Below are positions 1 through 13,760 of a stretch of DNA of 64,000 nucleotides, in pieces. The notes beneath the pieces were generated by a model. That model did no database searches. It was not told where the DNA came from and was given only the letters and a program-made list of their open reading frames with translations. The stretch is from the human T2T-CHM13v2.0 reference genome, Homo sapiens, in the NCBI RefSeq assembly GCF_009914755.1, contig NC_060928.1. One strand, written 5' to 3'. The translations under genes were made by a program, and so were the position numbers. The stretch's first letter is position 1, and each line of letters opens with the position of its first letter.

Positions 1-2067
1 TATATTACTCAAGGAAAAAGAATGGACAAAACAGCCTGTACATTATCAAAATATTTTCTCTAATCAGTTATAATTAACATGAAGTAATAGGATTTTTCTA
101 GCTTTCCAGCTTTTCAAGATGAATTAATTTCGAGATCGCCCACCCTACTAACTTCTGACTTGGCGAAGTGAATTCACCAATTAGGTTCACAGCAGATTAA
201 TTAGCTGGTAATTTAGAAAGTTAATCATCATTCAATGGTACTTATTAAGTGTCTTCATGCCCGTGAAACTGGTGTTAGAAGATTGGTGTGGGAGAATTGA
301 AATCTCGCTTGAAGAAACATTTAAGTGGTTTTGACATCCCAGCTCCAACCTAAAAATATATGCCCTTGGTGCTGCTGCTCAAGCCCTTTTATCACTATTT
401 AAGAACAGGTGTTAAACACAATGTATGCAAAAATGTGTAAGAAACATACTACATGTGTGGAGTCTTCATAGTTTTCCTTAGAGACTGATTGAAGTATATT
501 TCACATTAAATATTCTGAAATAATTTTCAGCATTCTGTGCACAACCTGCAATCTTTGTTTTTTTCCCTTCTTTCTCTGAAGACTTTTTCATGTTCTGTCT
601 CAGTTCAATGATAAAAATCAATTTTGTGATTTCTTCCTCATAGCTAGTGGAAATTTGTTCAAATCACAAAGTTACTACACGATTTGCCCAATTCAGCAGA
701 AATTTACCTGCCTTGGTTCACTCAGTTCAAGAGAAGCCCAATTTGGAATAGCAAGGAAGTTTTAGATCAGGAATGAAGCGAATAAACAAAGTTTGTAAAG
801 TACTCAAAGAAATTGTGACCAGCTAAAGCCAACCGGTTAGACTTTTACTTTTAATGTCTATGCCTCCCTAAATGTTTATATAATATTTACTACAAATGTG
901 AAAATAAAATAGTCTTGTGTATATGTGTGTGGTCACACATGCATAAGCACCTGAACACATATTCAGAATTTCCTTTAAAGTAATATACTTACATTTTTAT
1001 GTTCAGAGGACTGCAGAGGGTAGTAAACATTGCTTGGCAAGCTGCAAGAACCTTCATGGATTTCTGTAAGCTGCATTTTTTTCTTTACTTTACTTTTCTA
1101 TATTTGTGAGAGCTAAGAAACAATGATTCACCTCTACACTTTGCCATCCTTGAACCGTTTGGAAATTACAGACATATTCTTTAGTTTAGCTGCTAGGCAT
1201 AGAAATTTCTCTTATACATAGGCAATTCTAGCAAAACGTTCACCAAAACAGGTTTTATTGGTAAAACTCTAGTCAGTTTCAGCAAAGGTTTTTTTTTGTT
1301 ATTGTTGTTGTTGTTGTTTTTAATCCAACCTTTCTGGCACATGGTGCAGAGCAAGCCTGCTCTCTTTTTTCTGACCTTCCTGTAACTACAGAACAGCAGG
1401 CTCAGCTACACCTTTAACCTTGCATCTCCTCTTTAACAAAATAAGCAATTACAATATTTGCTCCTTAAGGCCATTCCATAGAGGAATTTTAGAACCAACA
1501 ACTTCAGAGACATAATATCCTAGATCAGCTTGCTGCAATACTGTGAGCAGAAACTTTTGTGAGATTTGCAATCACCTAATTACCTCCTGCAAAGTGAGAA
1601 GAGCAGAAGTAGAAGCAGGCAAGGTGAGAAGATATTTGGAGCATCTTAACAGCCAACAGAGCCTGCATTTCCAGAAATACCGATTAGTGCAAATGGTCAA
1701 GATAAAATAGCTCTCAATTTTATGCCAAGAAGTCCACTACTACACTTTTTAAAATGTTTTAGACTATTTTTTGTAGTTAGTACATCCTCTTATTATTTTT
1801 TTAAAATGCTAGTAGAGGCAAGATGGATCTTTATATAGAGAAGAAAAACCTTCTTTACTGAATTATATTTCAATGTTTTTTAAAAGTGCTCTTCCTGCAC
1901 GTTTCACTCTGGGAGGAAGAAACAATTTTGTGATGATTTGGGTAAATAACTTCTTGCTTCTAATACTTGCCAGAATCTTATCAGACAAATATAAACACTC
2001 AACATATAATTTATTCTCATTTCAACAATCAAGATTTAAGAAAGGATTACATTTATAATTCATCCTT

Positions 2068-2438
2068 TGTGAAGTGTATATTTATATCCTCATGCAATTT
2101 GTAGGTTGAAACCTTAACCCCCAAAGAGATAGTGTTAAGAGGTGGGGTTTTGAGAGATAATTAGGTTTAGATGAGATCCTGAGGGTGAAGCCACATGGTG
2201 GGATTAGTGCCTTATAAAAAGAGGAGAAAGAGACTTGCTTTCACTCTCTCCACCACATAAGGACTCAACTAGAAGGCGGGTGGCTGGTCTGTAAACCAGG
2301 AAACGGGTCCTTATCAGAATCTGACCATGCTACTCTGGAGGGTAGGAATTCCAGTCTCCAAGGAACATGAGAAAGAAAGGTTGTTTAAGCCACTCGGTTT
2401 ATGGTATTCTGTTACAAAAGCCAAAACTGAGGAAGACA
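2068..2438 (+). mobile_element. MaLR solo LTR, MLT1A-like
   Basis: TG...CA ends; typical MLT1 blocks (gaaaccttaaccccca, gggattagtgccttataaaa, ttgtttaagccac...tatggtattctgtta...gaagaca). Confidence 0.8.
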
Positions 2439-2453
2439 TCATCTTTCCTTTAG

Positions 2454-2813
<360 letters not shown>

Positions 2814-4399
2814 TTAGCTCATTTTCAAAGTTATTCTTAGTGAATTTAGTCAAATGGACAATGCCTTGGGGAGAAAGAATGTGATTTAGGTAGAAAGGTC
2901 ATGTCTCTGTCAGATGATACTGAAGAACCCAGGGTTACACATGTGTGCAGTTGGTCAACAACCATTGTTTACTACCATTAAAAGCCTTAGGCTGCCTTTT
3001 TGTAAAAGCCTTTTCTTTTTCGTGGTTGACCTTGACTTTCACATTAACCTGATTTTGTCAGTATATAAACACCCAGCAAGGAAAAAGAAAAAGGGAAGTT
3101 TGAATCCATGTTGTGATTTACCTTTAGCCCAGACCATAGGGATGCCCTTGGGCCCTGCACTCTCTCTTTCCACACATTTGTTGGAGAATTACACTGGAAC
3201 ATAAAATTGCTTCGGTTTGATTTGCCATGGCTCAACTTTGACCCTACTCCCCTCTGGGGATACAGACATGGAGTTTTTACCACTTACACTCTTTTTGACA
3301 GCCCATGGTAAACTGAACATTTTAGTAATAATCCACCTCTAAGCAATTCAGAGATAACTTTTAAAATATTGTTGTCTATGTAAAGAAAGACACTGTTTTA
3401 TTTTGCAGCTTCTAAAGTTTTATGACATTGATTTCATAACATTCTGGAACCTACGTCAATTTTTCTATTTTCTCCAGGAAAAGAACTTATCCACATAAAC
3501 CCAAAAGCTGTAGTATGTCTAATTATGTAACACAAAGTTTCACAATAATTGAAAGTATAAGTTGCTTCGTACAGTTTAAAACATTAAGTGTTTCTATAAC
3601 TCCACTTCACTACTACCTCACTCTGCCTAAAAGATTAGGCAATGTTTATTACTCCTGCCTGGGAGTGAAATATATGTTCAAGTTTCAAAGGATTTTCTAA
3701 AAGAAAAATTTATAGTTTTTGCTTGGGGTATGACTATTCTAAAATATTGTGAGAATATTTTGAAGATAAATTTACATCTGTATTATTTCCCGCGAGCAAG
3801 TGAAAAGAAAATGCCTGATGGGCCTTTTTCTTTTTCTTACTGTCAGAGAAAAATCAGAAATTCTATTGGTAAGAAGTGCAAATTAGTATGCAAATGCAAA
3901 CATGACTATTACATTTTTCTAGAGATTCATGAATTGGCCAAAAACAAAAATTCCAAATTATAGGTAGTTCAGGGATAACTCATGATGCTTGGAACATTTC
4001 CCTGTCTTTATAAACTCAGAGCATCTAAACGCTTTACAAAATAAACTTGATTTATCTCCTTTCTTTCTTTTTTCATATATTTCCATCTTTCTCCCAATGA
4101 ATAAACCACAATTTTTTGATAATTGGTAAAAAAGTGAATGTTCCAAGGCATAAAGGACCCTTAAGTCCTTTGTGACTCTGGGAGGAGAGTACAGAAGGAT
4201 CTGGGGTGAAACCTTCCTCAAGAACCTTAACCTGACAGTTGATGGTTGCCAAGAGTATTGTTTGGAAACCAGGTAAAGCCTATATGAAAGGATCAATATA
4301 GAAATATGTAACTTTGCTCAGCATACAGAGTAGATTGATTGAACCAAAATGTATTTATTAAGTAACTACCAGATTATCTATGTGCATTGCACATTCAGA

Positions 4400-4439
4400 A
4401 TGCAGATAAGATACAATCCATGCAAATAAGATACAATCC
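4400..4439. repeat. 20-bp tandem duplication
   Basis: atgcagataagatacaatcc / atgcaaataagatacaatcc (1 mismatch). Confidence 0.9.
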
Positions 4440-4907
4440 TTGCTATCTCTAGAAACTTATAACAAGTATGTTTATTCTTATTCTTCTCTTCAATATTCTG
4501 GTTGTGACTCCATTAGTAGAGAGCATTTTTAAAGGCATGAAAGACCGTTGGCACTCCCACCTAGAAATTACTCCAGATTTATTTTTTCTACTTATTTTTT
4601 CTTCTCTTTTTTTCCCAGTAGTTTATTTACTTGATTTTTCATTCTTTATCTCAATAATCCTACAGTTTTGCTCTATTTTCCCTGAATAATCAGACTAATT
4701 TTTATCTTAAAAAATTACTTGCTCTGAATGACTTGCTCTTTAACGGCTTCTTGACTGCGGGTACCACAAATCTAAGTTCTTGATGAGACCTAGGAGATAC
4801 TACTCTACCCTAGCCAGAAACTCATCAAATTTTTATCTTCTTGTCAAGAAAGCAATGTCAAAGATTGGGAAGCAAAATTAAAATACATAAAATAAGAAGA
4901 AAATAAT

Positions 4908-4965
4908 AATCTTGGGCAAGTTGCATCACCCTTCTGGACCTCAGTTTGTACGTTGTAAATGAGGA
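4908..4965 (+). mobile_element. MIR core fragment
   Basis: cttgggcaagttgcatcacccttctggacctcagttt resembles the MIR core. Confidence 0.6.
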
Positions 4966-5095
4966 AGAAACGGAAATAGAAGATAATTAAGATAGTACTT
5001 ATTTACTGGCTTTCGTGTCACCTTTTTATTTTTTATAATATCCATTTGAAAAGTTATTCTGTCCTCAGGTTATTGAACTGTATTAGGAATCTTAT

Positions 5096-5273
5096 GCTGG
5101 GCACGATGGTATGTGCCTGTGGTCCTAGCTACTTGGAAGGTTGATGTGGAAGACAGCTAGAGCCAAGGGCTCAATGTTACAGTGGGCTATGATTGCACCA
5201 CTGCACTCCAGCCTGTATGACAAAGCAACACCCAGACTCCAAAAAAAGAAGAAGAAGAAGAAGAAGAAGAAGA
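5096..5273 (+). mobile_element. Free Alu monomer (FLAM/FRAM-like) with (GAA)n tail
   Basis: Single diverged Alu arm gctgggcacgatgg...cactgcactccagcctg, followed by an A-run and GAA repeats. Confidence 0.9.
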
Positions 5274-6507
5274 ATTCTGATATTATTGTTTAATTGTCCA
5301 GGTAAAAGAATTAGGATTCAAATTTGACTCCAACTTTAGTCTTTATGTCTCCAAAATTTATATTGTTCTATTGTATTTCATTATATAAAATAATTTCACC
5401 TGGATGCCTATATAAAGTAGAAGAAATAAAAAAAAAACTCTGTTAATGACTGTAATGTGGTTAAAGGTCATGCTTAAGAACTTAATCAAGTGGAGCTTTG
5501 TGAACATTAATTCTGCCATATAGTAGCCTTGCAGAGATCTCGAGATCCAGTGGTGAGATTTGAGGTAAGAACATAAATGAATTTGAAGGCGTAAGAAAAG
5601 GACGAGCAGGCCCTTCAAAGAGGGCAGAGTGAAATAAAAGATGGAGACAGTGAACCAAAGATGGACCTAAGATTTGTAATTTTGGAAATTATAGATAATT
5701 TTTTTTAAGAACAGTAACTGCTAATATTTAAATTTTTAAGTTATTGTAAATCATCTTTTTCTCTACATCTTCCTGAATATTGAATAAACTTGGTTATATG
5801 AATTGCTTTCTTTCATTTGGAAGGCATGGGGAATTTCTGTTTTCAATTTCTTGGTTCCCAAACTGTAGAAGAGATACGCATGGGAGAGTGAGAAGTTCTG
5901 TAAAGTAGTAAAGTAGGAAATAGAAGCTCAGAGCCACAGGAGGCAAAAGCATTAAAGCCCAAAAGAATTCTCAGGGATTTGGGAGAAAGTGATTTTGTTT
6001 TCTACAGAGTGGGAAATTGCATTTGGAACAAGTATTTCTTTAGAATCTCAAGGATCAGAGAGATTCGCAACTCTGCTATCTAGGTCTTTCTCCCTCTCTG
6101 TGTGCGTATGTGTGCATGTATGTATGTACGTATGTGCGATGGAATGTACGTGTGTACATTCCATATAGAAACACACGCACACAAATATGTGTTTATTTTG
6201 TAAGAACCTAGACACAGGAAGAATACCTACAGACTCAGGGAGGGAAGGAGTTTGCATATCCCTCATTTCTTTTATGTTGTTGTTGTGTAATGTATTATTA
6301 TATACACTTGCTTCTAAGTTTGATGGCCTTGTTCACGTTTAGGTCATTTTTCTGTCCTGGAAAATGTCCATGATTAAATATAATAGTGGACACCCATGTC
6401 CATGATTAAATATAATAGTACTTTCCATAGGAATTTAATTCACCATAAAATTTCCCCAAAAATATTTTGGAAATCTGCCAGGAAGTCTTATTTATACAAT
6501 GTAGAAA

Positions 6508-7002
<495 letters not shown>

Positions 7003-7834
7003 TCATCATAAATGTATTGAGATTCATGATGAGTGTATTTACTACTAAATTCCCAAGTGTCCTGAATTCTGGGAATAACCCTAGTTCCCTGCAAAACAAA
7101 ACATGTCAAAACAGCAATTTATGTAAGGAAGAAACCACATTGTCCTAGAGCACTTAATAAGAACTGCATGGTGGAGGTGACATGATAATATGAATAATTG
7201 GAGACTGACATTCTTTAATCCTCAAATCCTCTCTATTGGCATTCTTCTCTTAATTACCTATGATTCATGTCCCAACTTTGGTTAAAAAAATATATATATA
7301 TAAAAAGTATCTTTTGTTATGGAAAAGTCCTTTAGCTATAATAAATTAGAATATGAAATGTAACCATATTAAATTGTACATATAATAAATTGGTCCTTGG
7401 AAGTAATAAATTATATAAAATCATAGCAAATTGAACATATCAGAATCTAAGATCATGCTATGTAGGTTGTCATGTTCTTGGAAAGTATGTTTGAAGAGCT
7501 ACCATCTTTTTATATAGTATAAGATAAAAATGATTAATTATTCTTTAATATGTTAGTTAAATAAAGTTATTTTATAAGAACCTGGACACAGGAAGAATGC
7601 TTACACATTCGGGGGGAAGGAGGTTGCCTTTCTCTCATCTCTTAGATTATTGGTATTATTTTAGAAACTATAATGTCTTTATTTTCTCACTTACTATATA
7701 TTTTTATTCCAAATATAGCAGCAAGGTATTCAAAAGGTATTTTAAAAGAGTATAAGCAAAAACTAGCAAAATATTAAATGTATAACATGTACTAAGCAAT
7801 ACTTAACATTTGGTAAATTATTAACTGAGTGTGG

Positions 7835-8355
7835 TGTAAGGTAAATGCCCCTGAGAGCAATAACTTGAGCAAACCCTTAAGATGACACTGTACAGCAGAT
7901 GCACCTGAATGTGTGTTCTGAGCTAGGGAATCCAGGAATGGTCAATCCAGAGATCCATTCCTTCTCTATGAGGAACATCTGAGCCCCCAGCCCATCTCAT
8001 GGAACATGGGCTGTACAGGGAATTTAGGTCCTGAGTTTTTGGTTAAATGAAGGTTGCCAGGTGGAGGTCATTAAGGGAAGGGCATTAAGTGGAAATACTA
8101 TATAAACTGCATGTTCTTTGCAAGTAGTTGCCCTGCCTGCTGCCACTGGGCTATGTGGTTATGTTGTCCAGCCAGTGACCACCATACTGTGGGAATGGTG
8201 GTTATCCTGTCCAGCCCACAGCCACTGCCACTCTTTCCCCCCGAAAGTAAGCCCCTAACAAAACCCTATGTCTCATTTGCTGTCTCTGGGTCTCTTTTTC
8301 GGCTTCTTAAACCTGGCCCCTTCTCTATTGAGGTTAATAGGACTACAACACAACA
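7835..8355 (+). mobile_element. ERVL-type solo LTR (LTR32-like)
   Basis: TGTAAGG...CAACA ends, TATA (tatataaa, about 8099), 5-bp TSD tgtgg/tatgg with one mismatch. Confidence 0.8.
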
Positions 8356-8529
8356 TATGGAAAATAATTTTTTGAGCACCAAGATGTTTTGGGACACCAT
8401 CTGTATAATCATAAGGTTGTTATTAAAATCCACATTTTGAAGAAGAGGAAGAAGAGGCTCAGAGAGTTACAAGTAGGCTGGCATTTGGATGTTACACAGT
8501 CGGAACCTAAACTTTGTTAATATTGCCAT

Positions 8530-9116
8530 TATAAGGAAGAAAAAAAGTAATACCTCTTCCTTACCATGCAAGGTCTATGGCTGACATTGTTATAACAAAA
8601 GACAGATTAAAGAGAAAAGCATAAAGAATGTATTTAATCAAAAGTCTTACACGACAATGGAGTCTTCAGAAATAAAGACCAAAGAACCAGGAAAATTTTG
8701 TGTTTTTATGCTTGGATTCGCTAAAGAATGGACAGCCATTTGGAAATGTTGTTGGACATAAAGGATATGATCTAATGCTAATAAACTAGGGGATCTTAGG
8801 CAGACCCGTTTGTTCAGATTCTTCTCCTCTCCTCCTTCCCCCCAGGTATGAGGCAGGTTCTCTTTTAGAATGAGGATCTTATAGCCTACTTTCAGGAAAG
8901 GTAGGTCAGAGGGTGACCTCCCAAGGTTTTATAGCTTGCTTTGGGACAGAGGTGTTGTAGTTTCTATGATCTGTTTTGAGGGAGAAATGGGAGAATGAGA
9001 AAAGAAAGCAGGAGAAAGTGAGAGGAAACTTTGCTCTGGGGCCCGTCCAATCTCTTTCAGTTCAAAATAGTTAACATGCCAAAGCAACATATTTGGGTAT
9101 TATGTTCTGACCTTCA
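8530..9116 (-). mobile_element. ERV1 solo LTR, MER34/MER39 group
   Basis: ataacaaaagacagatta...gagaaaagcata, ggagtcttcagaaat, tatgatctaatg, tttgggtattatgttctga; homologous to 17662-18693. Confidence 0.75.
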
Positions 9117-9139
9117 GTACTGTGTAACTGCACAATTAA

Positions 9140-9326
9140 TACCATTTGTCATTTGACACTGGGCAAGTTTTCCACAATCTGTGTCTTAATTATCCTTTCT
9201 GTAAAGTGAAAATAAAAACACTCTTACCTCATAAGAAAATTTTGGGGATAAGTTGACTTAATATGTATAAGATACTTAGAATAATGTTTGGCACTTTGAA
9301 ACTACTCAGTAGAGGCTATTATTATT
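9140..9326 (+). mobile_element. MIR
   Basis: ctgggcaagtt...ctgtaaagtg...tacctcata...acttagaataatgtttggcac...tattattatt. Confidence 0.7.
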
Positions 9327-9379
9327 CTACATTTATAAGGAATAATGCAAATTTATCACGTAATTATAATAGCCTTAAT

Positions 9380-9485
9380 TTTCTTCCCTCCCTCCCTTCC
9401 TTCTTTCATTCCTTCCTTCCTTTCCTTCCTTCCTTCCTTCCTTCCTTCCTTCCTTCCTCCCTTCTTTCCTTCCTTCCATTTCTTT
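9380..9485. repeat. (TTCC)n polypyrimidine microsatellite
   Basis: Direct reading of the sequence. Confidence 0.95.
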
Positions 9486-10274
9486 CAAATATACTAATAT
9501 CCAAGATACAGTATTAATACTAACTGCAACTTCATTTTACTCAATGTATTGGCATTTTTGTATTTACGTGTTTTAGGGTTTTTTTTTTTTTCTCCACTGA
9601 AATTTCATATGGTTATATGTTTGAAGAATCTGCCTTGGAACAGCTGCTTTCCAATAGATTGTTATTACCTGAAAGAGTTATTATAATTTTTGCCATTTCA
9701 CAGATGTAACAAAAAGTCTTAATGATGCTAAAAACCACATCCAAGATTATACAGTTAACAAGTGATAAAACTAAGACCACTGAGACAGATACCAAGATAA
9801 GCCTCAAGCCATTCACATTTCTGTAGGTATTGCAGATAAATTTTTTTTGCTATATTAAATTGTAAATATATTGTATTTCAGGACAATTTCTTATTCTTGT
9901 CTATGTCTATTCTATTCTTGATTTTACTTTTAGCTGATCGCAATCCAGGGAGGCAAATCATTATGAGAATTTTAATTGTGTAGACTGGGGTGCTACTAAT
10001 TTATTCCTGTCTAGAGAGGATTCAGGAGATTTTTCTTTAACACAGTGTGGATCATAAAATGGAATAAACTGTATATTATATTTGTATATATGTTATCTAT
10101 GAGATGTATATCAGTAATATAGGTGTGTGATCTATATCAGGTATAGGCATAGATGTAGGTATTTGTGTGTGCACCCAGTATATATATATACCCAGTGTGT
10201 GTATATATATATACACACACACACATATTAATCATGTTAATATTTAAGTCTCAGTCACTTAAATAAGCAGTAAG

Positions 10275-10570
10275 ACAAATCACATCACTCCCTTGATAAA
10301 AACCCTCCAATAGTTTCCCATCACAGTTACAAGAAATCCAAAGCATTTAACATGGGCTAAAAGTCCTACATGATCTGGCCCCTGAATGCCACTACAAATG
10401 CATCTCCTATTTTCCGTCCCCTAAATCTCCAGCCATACTGCTGTCCCTCATGCTGCGGCTTTAACATGCCCAGTGCGCTTCTGCCTTAGGGGCTTTTCCA
10501 CTTGCTGTTCTCTCTGCCTTGGGACCTGTACCCAATTTTCAACATGGGTCACTCTCACAATTCATTTTGT
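10275..10570 (+). mobile_element. L2 3' fragment
   Basis: aaaaccctccaatagtttcccatcac...aaatccaaa...catgatctggccc...cacttgctgttc is typical L2. Confidence 0.75.
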
Positions 10571-11479
10571 CTTTACATTTATTGAGTATGTGCACCAGGT
10601 ACTCTTCTAAACACTTTAAATGAATTATGTTATGAAAGCAAGTTATCTGTTTGGTGACATGGGTTAGGAAGAGTGGCATGGTTTAAGAACACAAGTGCAA
10701 AGTAAAAACATCGTTTAATGCTATCACAATATCAAAGCAACTAATGAACAGAACTGGAAAATAAATTTAGATGTGTTATTTTGTTAGCTTCCCATTTCCT
10801 CGTACACACACATTGCTCAAACAGTGTTGTTCGGAATAATGTGTACTGACTCTTACAGTAGATTGAAAAAGACACAACAAGGTCAGACATTTTCAAAGGG
10901 AAAGGAAGTTCTGGGGAAGAGAAGTCAATTATATAAACCATTGGTGATTATTATTTAGAGGTAAATAAATGTCAGTCCCATGATATACCTCTGGGAAAAG
11001 GATGCTGCAATATGAAATAATACATTTGCTGGCTGTGATATCATGAGCTCAGATAAAACAAATGCCTACGTATAGCTCCTAATGTACAGCACAATGAGCC
11101 ATAAAACAGTCAAATAAGGGATTTTACTTTGAAAACAAAGTCACCATTAATTTGGAAGGCCATATGTGTATCCAGGATGGGATCTTGAACTGTAATAAAA
11201 CGTTCTATTTTTTGACATCACCTTCCATTCAATGTTCCCAACTTCTATGGCCATATCCAGGAATCTTGGGGAAAGTAGAGTCCTTAGGGGATCCTTGGAA
11301 TTAAAAACTCACCTTAAAGCCAGTTCCCCCTGTTTTGTGGATCTTACTTTTAGCTGATTGCAATCCAGGGAGACAAATCATTATGATAATTTTAATTGCG
11401 TATACTGGGGTGATACTAATTTATTCCCATCTAGATAGGGTTCTGGAGATTTTTCCCTAATGAGCTATGCACAAGCTTT

Positions 11480-11685
11480 TTAACCAGACAAATGGGGGTT
11501 TGAATCCTGTCTAGGCAGTGTTATTATCAGAAAGTCGTCACATTTCTTATTAAGGTTTGCTTCACTCCTCTCTAAAATGAAAATTATAGCTATTTCGTAG
11601 AGATAGTATAGCAATTAAATGAGACAATTATGTGAACAATTTATCATAGGTCATGGCAGAGTAGATATTCAATATATTAGTTTTC
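11480..11685 (+). mobile_element. MIR
   Basis: ggtttgaatcctg...ctctaaaatga...attaaatgaga...ggcagagtagatattcaata. Confidence 0.65.
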
Positions 11686-11887
11686 TTCTCCTTTCCTCCT
11701 CTTGTAGAATATAAAGTGGATATTTACCACTCAATAATCATGCAGAATATACCATCCTATTACATATTTCTATATACATTTTCTACATGGTGATTTTGTC
11801 AAAATATTTAATATGAGGGCTTCAAATACTTTATTGATCCTTTATGAACAAAGTAAAGAGGAAACTCCAGCACTTTCTGTTTATAGC

Positions 11888-12387
11888 TGACAAAAGTATT
11901 TTCCTTGACTAAACCCTTGTCAAGCTCCCCTGAACTCATTTTTTAAATTGGCTCCATTCTAGGTTATGTCATCAAAAGCCCAACTTTAGCAAGAATCCCA
12001 CTAAGTCAGTTTAGTCAGACTCTCTGCCCTCAAGATCTGATCACCCTCATATTCATAGAAATTCTTCATCCCCATCCATCCCCCAGGTAATGTGTGAAGA
12101 ACAATTGGCCTGCCTCCAGCCAAAATCCTGTTAGGTTCATTGAGCCAGTATCCCTTCTTAACTTGCTATTTCCTCTTAGTAATTTTCTATGCACACACCT
12201 TCCCATCGTGCTCTGCTCCTTGGCTATTAATTCCCACTTTCCCTGGTAGTATTTGGAGTTGAACCCAATTTCTCTCCCCTGCTGCAATACCCCATTGCAG
12301 CAGTCCCTATACATGTTGCAGTTGTCTTGAATAAAGTCTGCCCTTAGTGTTTTAACGAATGTCATGAGTAATTTTTAAAAATTAACA
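11888..12387 (+). mobile_element. ERV1 solo LTR, MER31-like
   Basis: TGACAAA...AACA ends; ttagcaagaatcc, ctgatcaccctc, ctgctccttggctat and AATAAA near 12329. Confidence 0.8.
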
Positions 12388-12389
12388 TA

Positions 12390-13760
12390 TACTTAACTGA
12401 TTCCATCTAGTCCCATACCTTTAAATCCCATGTCTGTGTTGAGGGATCCTATTTTTATTCCCAGGCCTGCTCTTACTCTTCAGCTCCAAACCTAGCTATT
12501 CATTTAACACCTAACTGAGATGTTGAATAGTATCTCAGATGAAACCTCACCAAAAGAACGATTGATTGATACCTACACCTGCCATTCCTCTGCAAGTCTA
12601 TCTGTCTCTGTAATTGATACAATTTCCACACAGGTGCTCAGCCTAAAATCTGAGGAGAGTGCTCCGACAGCCTCCTTGGGTTCACTGCTTTCTGATGGTA
12701 TCTTTAGTAATCTAACTAAAAGGTTATATCCACAAACAACCATTTCTTCCTATTTTATGTGCTAAAATTCTAAACTCAGCTACTCGTCTTTCTTAACACT
12801 AGGATAACAGACTTCTAATAGGTTTCCCTTCTTTGGCTCTTTTGCACCCTTGGAATACATTCTTTACATAGAGAGAGAAACAAAGATGCTCCTTCAACAC
12901 CTTTACACAAGCTCCTCCTTTTTAATAGGTCTCATCTTTGGGCCCTGCTCTTGGCCTGCTGAGGCTAGTTTTAGAAAAAAAAAAAAAAATTGCCAAGTCA
13001 GTTTAGCAAGAATCCCACCCTTTCTTGATATCTGATCATCCTTGATCAAGTCTCTCATCTACCACCTTTGATGTCTGAGTTCTTGGCCTGCCTTTAGCAA
13101 GAGTCCTGCTGCACCAGTTTGGCAAGAATCTTCCTATCCTTCATGTCTCTTAGCAATTTTCGATCCACTGATTCCCTCACTCAGCTTGTTACCTAGAAAC
13201 CCTCATTTGTCTTCGCTGTGTTGAAAACTGAGCTCGGTTCTGTACTGAAGTTTCTTTTCCCTACCGCAGTAGTTATCATATAAAATCTGTCTTTATCACC
13301 ATTAACTGATGTCCAGTTTTGTTTCTCTTTGAAAAGGGAACTTTGTCAAATATCACTCACCTCTTTGTTAAAGATTTTTAACTGTTTCTCAAATGAAATA
13401 GAATGAAATAAAATAGAATGAAATCTCAGACTCTTCACCACAGTCTTCAAGATGCTGCATTATACAAACCTCTCTGATCTTTCTCCCACCATATTCCTCC
13501 TTTGCCTCATAGATTTTCATATGCCTGCCCCTTTCTCCTCAGTGAGGACTTTGCTAGATGTCATTTTTCTCAGAAAACCCTTCAAGTTCTCAAACTAAAG
13601 TAGTACCCCTTCACTCCCATCACTACATTATTCTATTTATTTTCTTTATTGCCTTTCTCAGTGTGTAAGGTATTCTTCTTATTAATTCCAGTGATTATTG
13701 TCTGAGTCCTTCCAGTGAAACAGTGCCAGACTTAGTGGATACTAAATACATGTTTTTCAC
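12390..13760 (+). mobile_element. L2 fragment interrupted by an LTR
   Basis: L2-type blocks on both sides of 12878-13334, ending in gtgccagacttagtggatactaaatacatg. Confidence 0.6.
12878..13334 (+). mobile_element. ERV1 solo LTR, MER67/MER31-like
   Basis: aagtcagtttagcaagaatccc, tgatatctgatc, ttggcctgcctttagcaaga; shares blocks with 11888-12387. Confidence 0.75.
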
